From: Lama guanicoe | Lineage: Eukaryota | Direction of reading: 5' to 3' | Assembly (NCBI GenBank): GCA_013239625.1 | Contig: MU053379.1 | Coordinates: 2,586,866 to 2,650,865, forward strand | Length of the DNA stretch: 64,000 nucleotides | Shown: piece by piece, positions 1-12,345 of the stretch | How the letters are laid out: every line of letters starts with the position of its first letter | How positions within the stretch are numbered: position 1 is the first letter of the stretch | Made by a program: the position numbers and the translations under genes | Notes under the pieces: model-generated | What the model was told of the DNA's origin: nothing | Databases searched by the model: none | What the model saw: only the letters and a program-made list of their open reading frames with translations

Positions 1-259
1 TGTGTGACAGTCTGCCGACTGTGTCGGGGACACGAGATTCCCTGTGGGGGCACTTAGCTTGTCCGCTCCTCCCCAAATGAAACGACCAGATGATGGTTCT
101 CTAGAGGGATGGACCAGAACCAGCTCCTCATCCGGGTCCAGCCTGCAAGGCACGAGGCTGCCTGACGGGGAAAGACAAAGAAGTCGACTTCTCCTTTTCA
201 GAGGGAGGGCCCCTGCACTCTCCGCCGGCTGTGTTCTCCTGGCAGAAGCCAGGCCTCTG

Positions 260-720
260 GGCTTGTTTTTAATCACTGCTATAACAAATTGCTACAATTT
301 AATGGCTTAAAGCAACATAAATGTATTATCCCGCAGTTCTGCAGGTCAGAAGCCCCAAACAGGTCTTACTGTGCCAAGATCCAGGTGCAGAGAGGGTCCT
401 ATTCCTTCTGGAGCCTCTGGGGGAGAGTCCAGTTCTTGCCTTTGCCAGCTCCAGAAGACACCTGCTCTCCTCGGCATGTGGCCCCTTCCTCCATCTCCAG
501 AGCTGGTAGCATCTTCCAGTCTCTCTGACTCAGACCCTCCTCCCTCCCTCTTGTAAGGACACTTCTGGTTTCATCCCCCCCATCCTCAGATCATCTGAGA
601 TAATGTCCCTGCCTCAATAGCCTTCCTTAATGACGTCTGCAAAATCCCCTTTGTCCTATAAAGTGCATCCCCAGGTCCTGGGGCCTAGGCCATGTGTGTT
701 TTGGGGGCCATTGGTCAGTG
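260..720. mobile_element. MaLR (MLT1-like) solo LTR
   Basis: Typical MLT1 text: ctgctataacaaattgctacaattt..ggcttaaagcaacataaatgtattatc..cagttctgcaggtcagaag..; boundaries approximate. Confidence 0.75.
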
Positions 721-1967
721 CCTGATCAGGTGCCCCATCTCAGCAGTAGCTGTTGAGTTTTGCCGCCCACTAGGCAGTGCTGATTTTAGGAAGCTTGAAA
801 TATGCTCCATAGATAACAAGGCGGGAACCATGAACGGAGGAGACAAGGAGAAGACCTGGAGCTTGAGAAACGAGGGCAGGTGCTGCCCCAGGCAGGAAGC
901 GCCGGGCTGGGTCAGAGGAGGGGAGAGGGGACTTGGGGTCAGATGGAGCCTGCTTGTTTGGCAAAGGATGTGGACAAACTCTTGGCAGCTCCGATAACGC
1001 ACAGGGAAAAAAATCAGGGAAGCAAGCGTGCCAGAACCGAGTCCACAAACGAGAACGTGGTCGTAGCTCACTCCCCTACGGTGACACCTGCGTATTTGTA
1101 ATAACATAAATAGTTACTGATTTGGACCTGAATTGCGCTGTAATTACAGGGACGGCCGGGGGACAGGATACTGGGCAGGGGCGTGGAAGAGCGTCCCATC
1201 TGCCCACCACGTTAGTGTCCAGGAGGGGGTTTCAAAACTGAGGAATTAAGACATCGCAGCATAAGAACAGATTCAGACACACAGAGGTAGACGCCTACAG
1301 AAATGGAGAAGTTGGAAGAACTGGCCAGTGGGGGACGAGGGACCCCTAGTTTTCTTTGTACGTCTGTAGAGCTTATATTGTAATTTTGACTGTCTGCACG
1401 CATTACTTCGATTTCAGAGAACTTGGAGAGGGACCTCGGAGTGAGTCATTCCCTCTCGCTGAGCTGTATTCTCACCTCCTTAGATGGTCCTAAATGGGAC
1501 TGGAAGGACTCAGCTCTGACTTTGTGCGTGACTATGGGCAGGGGGGCCTCCCCGGGGCTCCGCCTCACCAGCAAACCGCCTGAACAGTCCCCAGATCCAA
1601 AGATGCTTGTAGCACAACATCACAAGGAAACCCCTTTTGGGGACGGAGATATTTCGCTTATGGAATTAATAAGTGTGTGATAGTACCAGGCTCGAACCCC
1701 CACCCAGTGATGCAGTTAAAATACCGGTCCCGTATCAAAGGCCAACTGAAACCATTTATTTTCTGACCTTTGTGTGAGAACTTGTTTCAGTCCTTACAAA
1801 CGCTGATTATCTCATTAAGAACATGCCCTTGGGACCGCGCCGGGCTCAGTTCGGCGTTTCAGGTGAGATGGTGCCACCTGTCCCGGGAAGTGCAGCGTGG
1901 AGACACAGCAGCCGCTGGCCCATAAGCTGCGGAAAGTGAACAGGTTCCTGCTCTCTCCTTGCTCTAG

Positions 1968-2146
1968 GACACAGGAAAGCTCAGCCAGGAGCACAGTGCA
2001 GATGACGTGGGTTACTCGGTCAACACCGCGAGCTCAGCATCCGTGTCTCTGCCCGAGGAGACCGGCTCCTTCCGCCCCACCTACAGGGGAGCCTCGGCCG
2101 CCTTCCGTATCCAGCTCTTCTGTATCGACAAGAAGTACGAGGCGAG
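1968..2146 (+). CDS. CFAP61: CFAP61 internal coding exon (1st in window): DTGKLSQEHSADDVGYSVNTASSASVSLPEETGSFRPTYRGASAAFRIQLFCIDKKYEA(R)
   Basis: Acceptor ctctctccttgctctAG ends at 1967. Translation matches the recalled CFAP61 motif FRPxYRGASAAFxIQLFCIDxKYEAR. The exon is 179 nt and ends in phase 2 at AG|GCGAGT (GC donor), which joins in frame to the next exon (AG+G = Arg). Confidence 0.9.
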
Positions 2147-2209
2147 GCGAGTACCGGCCCCGGCGTGCCTGCCACGTGAGACCGCCTGTGGCGTGACTCT
2201 CGCAGAGCT

Positions 2210-2390
2210 GGTGGTCCCAAGCCTGCCCCCCTCCCATATCTGGGGAGTTTTTTTAAAACCACAGATTCCTGGACCCCATTCCCAGGGATTGCAGTCCACG
2301 AAGTCTGGGTCAGGCCCACAGGACCGGGCTGTTCGGTTCCAGAAGGCCATCCCCTGTTCGCCCTGTTCTCCCGAGCTTGCCTTTGGAGGG
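2210..2390. mobile_element. MER5-like hAT-Charlie MITE remnant
   Basis: ctggggagttttttaaaaccacagattcctggaccccattcccagggattgc..gtctgggtcaggccca resembles the MER5A core. Confidence 0.5.
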
Positions 2391-2591
2391 GACTTTGGGC
2401 TTAGGGTGCTGCTTGTCTGGAGTCTTTTAGTTGCAAGTAGTAGAAACTCCAGCTGAATCTGGCTTTGGAAAAGTGGAACAATTGTCTCAAGTAACAAAGG
2501 GAACTCCAGCGGTAGGGCTGGTGTTCGTTGTGGCGTGGGTCAGGATTTGGAGAACCCCATCGCGGACCAGGTGTCTCTCTCTTAGCCTCCG

Positions 2592-2642
2592 GTTACCCTC
2601 CTAGTTACCCTCCTAGTTACCCTCCTAGTTACCCTCCTAGTT
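2592..2642 (+). repeat. Perfect 12-mer minisatellite (GTTACCCTCCTA)x4.25
   Basis: Directly visible; explains the YPPS/RRVT repeats in the ORF track. Confidence 0.97.
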
Positions 2643-3768
2643 CCTTCTGCCGGCCCGCCCTCAGAGGGGTGTCTCTGCCCGGGGCCAAGAGAGCGGACAG
2701 TGGGCTCAGGCCCTGCACCTGATCTGGACAGGAGGGCGTCTGACTTGGGCCCAGCTGTCCAGCCAAAGCCTTCTTGGGACAAGATGGGCTGTGTGCTCAC
2801 CCCTGAGCTGGTGGCTGGGCCGGGCCAGGCCACTATGAAGGCTTAGTCCCCTGTCTCCTGCTCCCCACAGAATCGGGGCTGGCGTCCCCCCCAGAGGTCA
2901 TCTGAGAGGGGGTGAACACCCCATGTTCAGCACTCACTGCCCCCTGTCGTCTGGGCTTGGACCCCTGCCCTCGAAGCGTGGAGTCCACAGCCCCTTTGGG
3001 ATGCCCCCTTACCCTGCCATCCTGTCCACAGAACAGTGGTGACGAGGAAAGGAGCGGCCCGTTTTGATAGACCAGAAGCTTCTGGAGTGTCTGTTAGATG
3101 CCCCAGAGCACTGCTGGACGCTCCCGTTTTAGCGGAGAAATCACATCCCCGGGCTCCTCGCCTGCCTTGGAACCACGCTTCACCTGCATTTCCTCCCTCT
3201 TGAGTTTCCAGTTTCTTCAGAATTGAAATTCAACGGAAAGGTTGAGAAGGGAAATCTTTTTATTCTAACGACACTGTAGATACCTAAAAAGCCCGTGAAC
3301 CCTTCCTTCCAGACTCGTTGCGTATGTTTATTTTCCCGAGCTTTCTTACTTTCAAACAAAAATTCAACGACCCATTCTGGTTCATCTGTGGATATGCATC
3401 TGCAGCTGCTCAAAAGTCCTTTGCAGATAAAAGAGGAAAAGCCCAGAGCGGCTTATGATGTGCCCGTATTTCTCCCCAGTTCTTCCGGAAAGGAAAGGAA
3501 GGATCACGTCCACTGAATGACTCTCCTGCTTTTCGGAGGTGTAGGGATTATTAATTGCTTTAATAGTACCTTCGGTTTTAGAAAAAATACTTTATTGCTG
3601 ACACGTGAAGCCAGTGCCTTCTGCGACCGGCTCACGTTCAGCTGGACGCAGACTCTGGCGGCGGCCGGCTGATCCCCGCCGCGGCGGGAGAGCCGCCGGC
3701 CCATTACACGTGCTCTGGGGCTGCCTCTGCTCGCAGGACAGTGACCGTTCTTATTGTCTTGTTTACAG

Positions 3769-3808
3769 GTCCCTGGACTTCATGAATTTTGTTTTCGGTC
3801 TTTTTCCT
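3769..3808 (+). CDS. CFAP61: CFAP61 short coding exon: (R)SLDFMNFVFGLFP
   Basis: Acceptor ttattgtcttgtttacAG and donor CCT|GTAAGT. 40 nt, phase 2 in and phase 0 out. Continues the recalled CFAP61 sequence YEARSLDFMNFVF. Confidence 0.93.
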
Positions 3809-5341
3809 GTAAGTACACGCTGACTTTTGAGTGATATAATTGGTTTTATAAGCTAGAAAAGTCATAGGAAAGTAAAACGCCATATTCACCGTCCAAACGT
3901 TTCGTATGCTGTGAATGTTGAGGTTTGAACCGCATCTCTGTTCTGAAAAAAAGGCTGAATGACATGTCATGAACTCTTAGATGTGGAAGATACTGTCACT
4001 TTTCATAGCTTTTCCGTCGTGCTGTTTTAATAGCTTTCTTTCAGCGCGTAGCTTCCTTCAGAGGTTGCTTTACCAGTGTTGTCTTGGAATCAAAGCATTA
4101 ACAGAAAGCTGGGGGCAGGGGTCGGGAGCTGCCCTCAGCTGGATCCGGCCGCGGTGGTGCTTTCTAGCTGGCGCCGGCTCACAGAATTTGGACGTCACCA
4201 GACTGCCTTTCTGAGGCAGGAAGGTGGGAACTTGTGGCTGGTCTCCCTGCTGGCCCTGCTGGGCGCCGGGTCTGAGAGGATGCATGGGGTGGGGGGCTCC
4301 ACCCACCACCCAAGGGGCGGTGAACGGCCCCAGGCACGCGTCCAAGTGCAAACAGGACTGTCTGTCTCACGGAGTCCCGGCCTCCTCCTCATTTGTTTCA
4401 TGGTTGTCAAAGGATAGAGATTCCGGCCAACCTCTCATCACTTTATTGCAGAGAAGAAAGTAGGGGAGCAAGCCAGTTGAGAACAGAATGGATTTTTCTC
4501 ATGACTCCCTCTGTGGCCAGCCTGTCAGTGAGGTCAGGCCAACACTGCGCTTCTTGGCTAATTGCAGGCAAAATACCTATTTCTTTTTCCTTGATGCTCT
4601 TTCAACTGAGGCAAAAACCAAGTATGGTTTAACTGTGTTGCCTGAAAGCTGTGTGAGCCTAGCTCACATTTCCTCATTTTGTTAAGACAATGAAGCCTTG
4701 CAATAATGTTTTCCATTGTTATTTTTTTTAATTAATTGTAAGGCATCTCGAAGCTTGTAAAGCTCTGTAGGTGACCTGAGGGGGGATTTGCAAAGCCGGC
4801 TTCCCTCAGAGAGGCCCGCATATAAATTCACCAAGTTTAATTCATTCCTACTTTAAAGTCCCCATAAAAGCAGCTTTTCAAACTTGTAAAACCAGTGCTG
4901 GCTTTAAGAGGGTAAGAGACATGTTTCCTTTTTAGTTCTCTGTTGTTTCAGGATACAGGGAGACAGGAACCAAATTCATTACTTCAACCTTAATCCTTCC
5001 TGTCCGAGTCGAAGCAACTCATTACAGACTCCTCCTCCCGCAGGAAGCTCTCTGGGACTTGGCACCCTGTCCTTTTATTTTCAGCTTGAGTATTTCAGCA
5101 ACTTGACTCGAAGTCTCCTCAGAAGGAGCTGTGTTATTTTGCTAGAAAGAAGGAAGATGAGGTCAAACAATGCTTTACTCCCTTGGGTCGCGCACGTGTC
5201 CCCAGGGTTTTGGATGAGCACGGGCAGTGCCTTCACAGGGTTCAGGGGGAGGTGAGATCCCACAGGGACAAATTAGCTCTGGGAAGAGCAGGCTGCCCCT
5301 GCAGGCACCTGGCAGGGGGGCAGGGGGGACGTGCGGAGCAT

Positions 5342-5830
5342 AGCACTGTCCCGTAGACAACAAATTCCAGGTGTTCCAGCAGCTACGATTAAAAAAAAAG
5401 TAAAAAGACACAGGTGAAGTCAGTTTTAGTAATATATTTTATTTACTGCAATAGGTCCAAAAGGTTTAATCATTTCAGCATGCAATCAACGTGAAACATT
5501 ATTGAGATATTTTACTTCCCTTCTCTGAGTTTTTAAAATCCAGTGTGCATTTTACACTTCTGGAACATCTCAGGACAAGAACTACAGGTCAGGAATTCTT
5601 GATCTGCGTTTAGACTTTGTAAAATTTGCCACTGAATGAGCAGATTCATAGACCCAAGTTGTTCCAAACACACAGAAACCTTTTCCAGTCACTGCACTGA
5701 GTGTTTATTTTTAAATTTACAAAGTTAAAATGAAGTGAAATAAAGAATTTGGTTCCCCAGTCGCACTAGCCATGCTGCAGGTGCTCGGTGGCCAGACGTG
5801 ACTCCTGGCCACCCCATCGGGCAGTGCAGA
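5342..5830. mobile_element. MER33/Charlie5-like hAT DNA transposon
   Basis: Begins agcactgtccc.., contains aaaagtaaaaagacacaggtgaagtcagttttagtaatatattttattt and ends ..cactagccatgctgcaggtgctcggtggccagacgtgactcctggcc..gggcagtgcag, as in the recalled MER33 consensus. Confidence 0.7.
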
Positions 5831-6386
5831 CTTAGGGGGTCAGGACACGCATGTCCTCCTGAGTCTGCTAACCAAACCCACCGCCCAGGTTAGACAGGCT
5901 CTTAGATCTCTTCACCCACGTGGTCGTGAAAAAACACGCAGACGTCCTTCCATGGGCAAGCGCAGGGTTTCAGAGTGGAAAAGGCCTGGAGCACTGCCCT
6001 CTCATCCCGCTGAGGAGGGGGCCACGGCTGGGGCAGCATCGCTCAGCGAACCCAAGGCCTTGCACGCTGTGCTGCTGCTCTCCTGGACACGGGTGCGTTT
6101 ACAAGCAAACGTTTTAAAGTCTGCTTAGGTTAAAAATCTGCTTCCACGGAAGAGCTGTGCCAGAGGGGCCAGCTGTTGACAGCTGTCGTCTGTCCAGGTT
6201 TCAGTCAGACATGCAGGTATTGTCCCCACACTCCTGCTGTCCCCCTGAATTTTACGATTACTTTCCAAGTTATAGGAATCTGTCACTTGAATACCCTCTC
6301 CTTTACGCAGTTTATGCCTGTCTTCTTCTGTGTTTGGAGCAGGAGTTTGTTTAGTGATGGATGGTTTCTGGCCTCCCATCACGCAG

Positions 6387-6526
6387 GACAAGAACTTCTG
6401 TGTCATCTCCCTGCCGCACCTCACCCCCGAGTTTGTCCTCATCCAGAACTTCGTGAAGGCGGTCCCCTTCAGCACCTGCACCCTGGAGCAGGACCTCTAC
6501 ATCTTCCACCGGGCCGGATTGCTCAA
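6387..6526 (+). CDS. CFAP61: CFAP61 coding exon: DKNFCVISLPHLTPEFVLIQNFVKAVPFSTCTLEQDLYIFHRAGLL(K)
   Basis: Acceptor cccatcacgcAG and donor AA|GTAAGT. 140 nt, phase 0 to phase 2. Lies within ORF 6330..6530 of the track. Confidence 0.95.
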
Positions 6527-7029
6527 GTAAGTGGGCACACGTTTGCCCAAACAGTCCATGAAGTTAAAAAAAGGGAATGCAACAGGAGCTCCCGACCATC
6601 TCAATTTAATGATTTATTTTAAAAACTGTCTTGGGGCGGAGGGCTTGATCAGCTGATTAGGACCAGTACATTTAGGGGAAGAGTCATGGTGACAGGTTAC
6701 TTGTCCAGTCAGATAACAAAGCAAAATCTGACTCCACGGTAAGCAGAGCAGTGCCTGTTGCTGTGTTTCCACGGGTGGGACCAGGTAACGTGGGAACGAG
6801 GCTCACCGCAGACCCCAGCAGAGTCAGGACTGAGTGTGTGTGTGTGTGTGCACGCACGCACAGGTACGGACGGACAGACGTCGGTGACGACATTCGTGGG
6901 CAGAGGCAGGACTGTTCTGTAAGTGGTGGGACAAAGTGAAGACAGAAATGTTCTTCATATCCTTCAGTAAAATAGACTCCCGGGTGACGAGGGAGTTAGA
7001 AGTGAATATTGAAAATGTTAAAAATTAGA

Positions 7030-7280
7030 CACTGTATCTGCAGTGATAGGTTCCGTGCCAGGTTCTGAGAACACAACAGTAAACAACACACAGACGTGTC
7101 CCCGGCCTTTCAAAGCTCATAAACACTCAGAAATGGAAGCCTGCAGCAGTGATGGGGGTTCCAGCAAGGGGCACGTGGTGCTGTGGGTGGGCTTCACCGG
7201 AAGATTCAGCCCAGTCAGAGGGAGCTTTCCTGAGGAAGATGTTGGGTTTCAGACAAGAAGTGTGAGTGAAGATCGATCTT
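7030..7280 (-). mobile_element. L2 fragment
   Basis: gtgccaggttctgagaacacaacagtaaacaacacacagac..cc..ccttcaaagctcata..gtcagagggagctttcctgaggaag is typical of the antisense L2 3' region. Confidence 0.55.
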
Positions 7281-7399
7281 TACTATGTCTCAGGATGGGG
7301 AAAGCCTTTTTAGAACATGGAATTAAAAAGTTAAGATTTTTTAAAACTTTATGAGCCATTCCTCAGAACCATTCTAATTTAATTCAAATGCAATTGACT

Positions 7400-8170
7400 A
7401 ACGGAAGGATATTTTTAAACAAATAAAGCAGACAGAAGTTTAGTATATTTAATATATAAAGAGCTTTAATAAATCAACAAGACTATTTGATATCAAATAG
7501 AAAAATTAGCCCTTCAAAATGGCCAGACTGTTTGCCAGAAGAATAAACACATACACACAAAATCAAAGGATATTAACACCAAACAAAAAACAAACAAGCA
7601 AAAAAACCCAATGGATAGTAAAAAAATCTTCAAAGTTATCACTCATTAGGGAAAAGAAACCAAAGCAAGAATATGATACCATTTTTGGTCAATTGGCAAG
7701 AATTAGAACACGGAAATACCCAATTCTAATGAGAAAAATGTAGCTCTTGTCAGAATGTGACATAAAATCCCAAAGGGCAGTTTGCCCAGAATGCTAAACT
7801 AGTTTATATCCTTTAACTCTTTAATTCCACTCCTGGCCACTTGCTGCAGAGATGCAAACAAAAATTTACGTACGAGGATTAAGGAACACTGGAAATACTC
7901 TGAACGTCCAGTAGTAAGAGAGTATTTAAATACTTTGTGGTACCTGTATGAAGGAATCTGTGTTTACAATTCATTTAAAGAATCTTTTTTTGTTCTATAT
8001 ATATTTTTTAATTGAAGTATCATTAGTTTACATTTAAAGAACATCTAATGATTGGAAAATGCTCAGAATGTAATGTTAGGGTCAAAAATCTATCCGTCTA
8101 TAAAACAGCATTTAAATATGACCAGAATTTCTAAAGGAGGAAAAAGATGTGGATAAAATAAACTAAAAGG
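7400..8170 (+). mobile_element. Old L1M (L1ME-like) 3' fragment
   Basis: A-rich degenerate ORF2-end/3'UTR text (aatatataaagagctttaataaatcaacaag.., atcactcattagggaaa.., ttaattccactcctgg). Confidence 0.6.
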
Positions 8171-9634
8171 AGCCATGCAGATAGTGGATGCTGTGATGTC
8201 CAGGCCCCTCATCCAGGACTGAAGAATGCATTTCCCAACTGCGGGTTGTGCGGAGCCCACAGCTCAAAGCTGGGTCCCCCCAAGACCCTGCCCTTGACTG
8301 AAGGGAGGGGCTTTCCCCGAGGGCCGCCCTCCCAGGGCAGCCTGCATCCGGTGACCAGTTGGTGTGGGGGAGGGGAGGGGTAACAGCACACAGGGCCAGC
8401 ATCTCTGCTTCCGAGGGGCACCCCTGAAGGGTCTTCCCAGGGCAGGACCCCCGAAGTGTCCGCTGGGCATTTGTTGTGACCCCCTTGCTTGCAGCCCTCC
8501 TGCCCCCTCTGCCCTGTCCTGCTCTGCCGCTCCGCACAGGTGTGTGACACCAGAGGTGGCCCATGGCTGCCACAGGGTGGTAGGGTGAGCTTCCTGGGCG
8601 ATTTTTAATTTCCTTCCTCACGTCGCCTAAATCTTGGAATCTTCCTACACCAGCCTTGAATATGGCAAGCGGTCGAAACCCATCGAATTGGCTCAAGTCA
8701 CTGGGTTTATTACTACTCAGCAAAGGGAGGACTCCGAGGGCAATGCTGGTCTCACACGGGCTCACTAGCCCGGTGGGACCTGTCTCTGCCCAGCTGACCC
8801 CTTCTCAGACACAGCGGTTGCAGGATGGGCGAGGTGGCACCAGATCCTTTGTCACTTACGTCCAACAGGAAAAGAGTGGTGGGTGGGCTTCTTTCCAGAA
8901 GCCCCAGCACAAGTCTCATTGCATCTCTTTGGCTCAGATGGGTCCCGTGCGTCCCTCGAACCTGGCACTGGCCCAGAGGCTCCTGACTGGCATCACTCAG
9001 GCCTGGCCCCAAAGCACAGGGGCTGGGTCGGGGAGGGGTGCCCCGCCAGACACACGTCTGGGGACATTGCTGGAGAGAGAAGCGGGAGGCTGAGCTGCTT
9101 CCCACAGCGCTGTCTCAGGACAGGACCCCCTCGATCAACAGAAAGCGCACAGTGTGTGGGAGTAATGTCAGTGCCTTCTATTTCCTATGATTTCACTTTT
9201 CCAAGCTGTTTGATACATCTCGTCTTATTCTTACAAAACATGACAGAGCTCACTGCACTTCAGACGGGTGCACTTCAGCGTGTGCAGACGAGGCCTCAGC
9301 ACAGGGGCAGCAAAGCTCACGACGAGGGGTGAGCGGAGGGGTTTCAGGAAGCTCGCTGCGTAACTGACAGGCCAGCCTCTCAAGTGGACTCTGAGGGGCG
9401 TTCTGAATGATCACTTTGTAGCTGGGGGACGCTTAAATGAATGTTGGCATATTCGTTCAGCACATTATTACACAGATTTCAGAAAAATCAAAGCAGATCT
9501 GCGTGGCCTGTGCGGAATGGCGTCTAGCTTGGTGAGAAGCGCAAGGGGTCAGACAGTGACAGTAACGACACCTCCCGTTTAGGGGAGGTTTCAGTGTTCC
9601 GAGCACTTTCTTAATCACTTTTTAAAACTCATTT

Positions 9635-9910
9635 TTAAAATTTTTTATGTGAAGTATAGTTGATGCACAGTGCTGTGTTAGTTTCTGGCGTGCGGCACAG
9701 TGACCAGTTACACACGTCGTATGTATGTTCTTTTTCATTAGAGGTTTTCACAAGTTATTGAATCTAGTTCCCTGACTGCATAGTAGGACCTTGCTGTTTG
9801 TTTGTTCTGTGCACTGTAGTTTGTATCTGCTAATCCCAAACTCCCACCTTAGCCCTCCCCGCCTTTCCCCTTTGGTGACCATAAGTTTGTTTTCTGTATC
9901 TGTGAGTCTT
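9635..9910 (-). mobile_element. 5'-truncated L1 3'UTR (lineage-type)
   Basis: tgaagtatagttgatgcacagtgctgtgttagtttctgg..gttccctg..agtaggaccttgctg..ccctttggtgaccataagtttgttttctgtatctgtgagtct is the reverse complement of a 3'UTR like that at 29260-29510. Confidence 0.8.
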
Positions 9911-9944
9911 GATAACTTTCCTTGTGTCGTTACGCACAGTGACT

Positions 9945-10110
9945 TTATTAGCTAGGTACCATGGTGGTTATCCCCATTTTACAGGTAAGGAAACTGAGAC
10001 TCAGAGAGGTTAAGTAACTAGTCCAAAGTGCACACAGCAGGAAGTAGCAGAGCTGGAACTGGAACTAAGGCAGCCAGTGTCCAGAGCCAACTCCTAACCG
10101 CCTCACACGT
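9945..10110 (-). mobile_element. MIR SINE
   Basis: ccccattttacaggtaaggaaactgagactcagagaggttaagtaact is the MIR core in reverse. Confidence 0.85.
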
Positions 10111-11234
10111 TGCTCACTAGTCATATCTCTACTGTGTTTTCAGCATAAAGCTTTGTAACGCAGAGACCCTGGGACACAGAGGTCCGAGCCAGGTGGAACT
10201 TCTGCCTCTGCCACAAGGGGGTCCAGAGAGGCGCAGAAGGTCTAAGGAGAGTCACAGCTTCCCCCTCGAAGTTGTTCAGGGACCCAGGCTCCTTCCCTCA
10301 TTGCTCCCCCATCGCATAGAGCAAGGGTCTCACCTGTCGTCTGCACGGAGAGTCGGGGGGGTCTGTGAATCTGGCTGGGAAGAAACACTACACCTTATGT
10401 TGCTAACCTCTGATAGAAATTCAGTGTGTCCGTCCTCCGTGAACGGAGGCAGTGGCCTCAGTAGTGCCGGCAGAGCCGTGGCGGCGGCCAGGGGCAATCC
10501 GGGTCTTTTCATGTCATGTGACGGTTGTTGCAAGTGTCCCGGGATACAGATGCTCGTCCAACTTTGAAATGTCCGTAAATTTATTCTCAACCAGGACTTT
10601 TTACCTGATGGCGTCAATAAGGAGGCACAGGTGTTACCAAAACACACATTTTAAAAATGTTTCAGTAGCTATATTTCAACATAATTTGTTGTCTTTTATT
10701 TAACACATCAAAAAGCGTTAGTCTGAGGAGGGGACCCCAGCATCAGAGGGGCCCAGGGCGCAGAGAGGATTAGCCCGCCGTCCATGTGGCCTCCTTTCCT
10801 CCTTGTGCTGCGAGCGGGCTCAGAGCACCAGCGCCGAGTTTCAGCCCACGGGGGAGGATGCAGAGAAATGGAGGGGATGACTCCCCCCTTGTGGAAGCCA
10901 TGTCATTCCCGTCCATCGTCTGGGCTCAGGGAGTCGGTTGCACGGCCCTGACTCGCTGCAGGGGAGGCTGGGGGACAAGCCCCTGGAAGGCCAGGTGTGC
11001 ACCCAGCAAAAGCTCAGTTGATTCAGTCATTGAGATGACACGGGGAAAGGGAAACTGTGGGACCGTCCCATCCCGTGTTTGTCTTGCACATGTGTAGATG
11101 CTGTAGAAGGGCACGCACAACGTTACCAACCTCACGTGCCTTTGGGGAGCAGGGCCGGGAGGCTGCGGTGTAGGTGGAGACTTACTTTTTATTTTATGTC
11201 TGTTGGTTCTGTTTGATTTTTTTTCATGAATAAA

Positions 11235-12345
11235 ATTTATTTTTTAGAGCAGTTTTAGATGCACAGCAAAATTGAGCAGAAAGTGAAGAGGGTTTTGGCA
11301 GCCCCCTTCCCCCGCCCCCGAGCTGCACGGCTGTTCCCTTCGACGGACCCGCAGTGACTCACTGTGCCCCGCCGTTTCCGCGCTCACGTTAGAGTTCCTT
11401 CTCCTCCTGTGCGTTCTGCGGGTTTGGACAAACGTGTACGGCGTGTCCAGCGTGACAGAGTCACACAGAGCAGTTTCTCAGAATCCTCTGCGCGCCACGC
11501 TCAAACCTCTCTCCTTCCCCACAAGCTCTGGCAGCCGACCGCTGCTTTTTGTTGTTTTGCTTTTTTTGGTGGGTGGAGGTAATTAGGTTCATCCATTCAT
11601 TTATTCATTTTGACGGCAGCACTGGGGATTGAACCCAGGGCTTCGCGCTGCTGAGCACCTGCTCTGCCACCCTCCCCCTTGACCACTGACCTTTTTCCTG
11701 TCTACGTAGTTTTGCCTTTTCTAGAATGTCTTACAGCTGAAACCATACAGTACGTGGCCTTTGCAGGTTGGCTTCTTTCACTGAGGAAGAAGCATTTTAA
11801 AGTTCCTCCGCGTCTTCTCATGACTTGACAGCTTGTTTCTTTTTAGCACAGAATAATACTCCACTGTCTGGTTGTACCAGGGTTTATTTATCCGTTCTGC
11901 TACTGAAGGACAGCTTGGTGGCCCCCAGGTTTTGGCAATTATGAGTAAGTCTGCTGTCAACATCTGTGTGCAGGTTTCTATGTGGACGTAAGTTTTCAAC
12001 CCATTTGGTTGTGCACCAAGGATAGCAGTTTTAATATTTAGTTCTGTAAGGGAGAGCCAAACTCTCTTCCAGAGCCCTGTACCATTTTGCAGCTCCACCA
12101 GTGATGACTGAGAATCTCCCTTTTCTTCGCATCCTCCCGGGCACTTATCAGTGTATCGAGTTTTCACCATCCTGATGGGCGCGGAGGGGCACCGCGTTTG
12201 AAACTGCAGTTCCGTGATGACATATGGCTTGGAACGTGTTTTCATCTGCTCTTTGCCATCTGTGTATCGACTTTGGTGAGGTGTCTGTTCAGATCTTCCG
12301 CCCCTTTGTAATAGTAGGTTGTTCATTTCTGTTTGATTTTTTTTT
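11235..12345 (-). mobile_element. Old L1 (L1MB/MC-like) 3' fragment with nested SINE
   Basis: Minus-strand ORF 11778..12365 retains L1 ORF2 C-terminal motifs (LKTYVHIETCTQMLTADLLIIAKTW..CPS..INKPWY..EYYS). Confidence 0.8.
11546..11678 (-). mobile_element. Camelid tRNA-derived SINE
   Basis: ggaggtaattaggtt..ctggggattgaacccaggg..; flanked by an imperfect TSD gaccgctgcttttt / gaccactgaccttttt. Confidence 0.8.

Noticed and set aside
1418..1446. Possible 21-nt in-frame microexon (AG|AACTTGGAGAGGGACCTCGGA|GTGAGT)
   Set aside because: Poor acceptor context and no match to recalled CFAP61 residues; resembles a decayed MIR3-type remnant. Would need RNA-seq support.
2592..2642. Direct repeats here and at 32448-32722 as a CRISPR-like array
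   Set aside because: No unique spacers, no cas genes, and a eukaryotic intron context.
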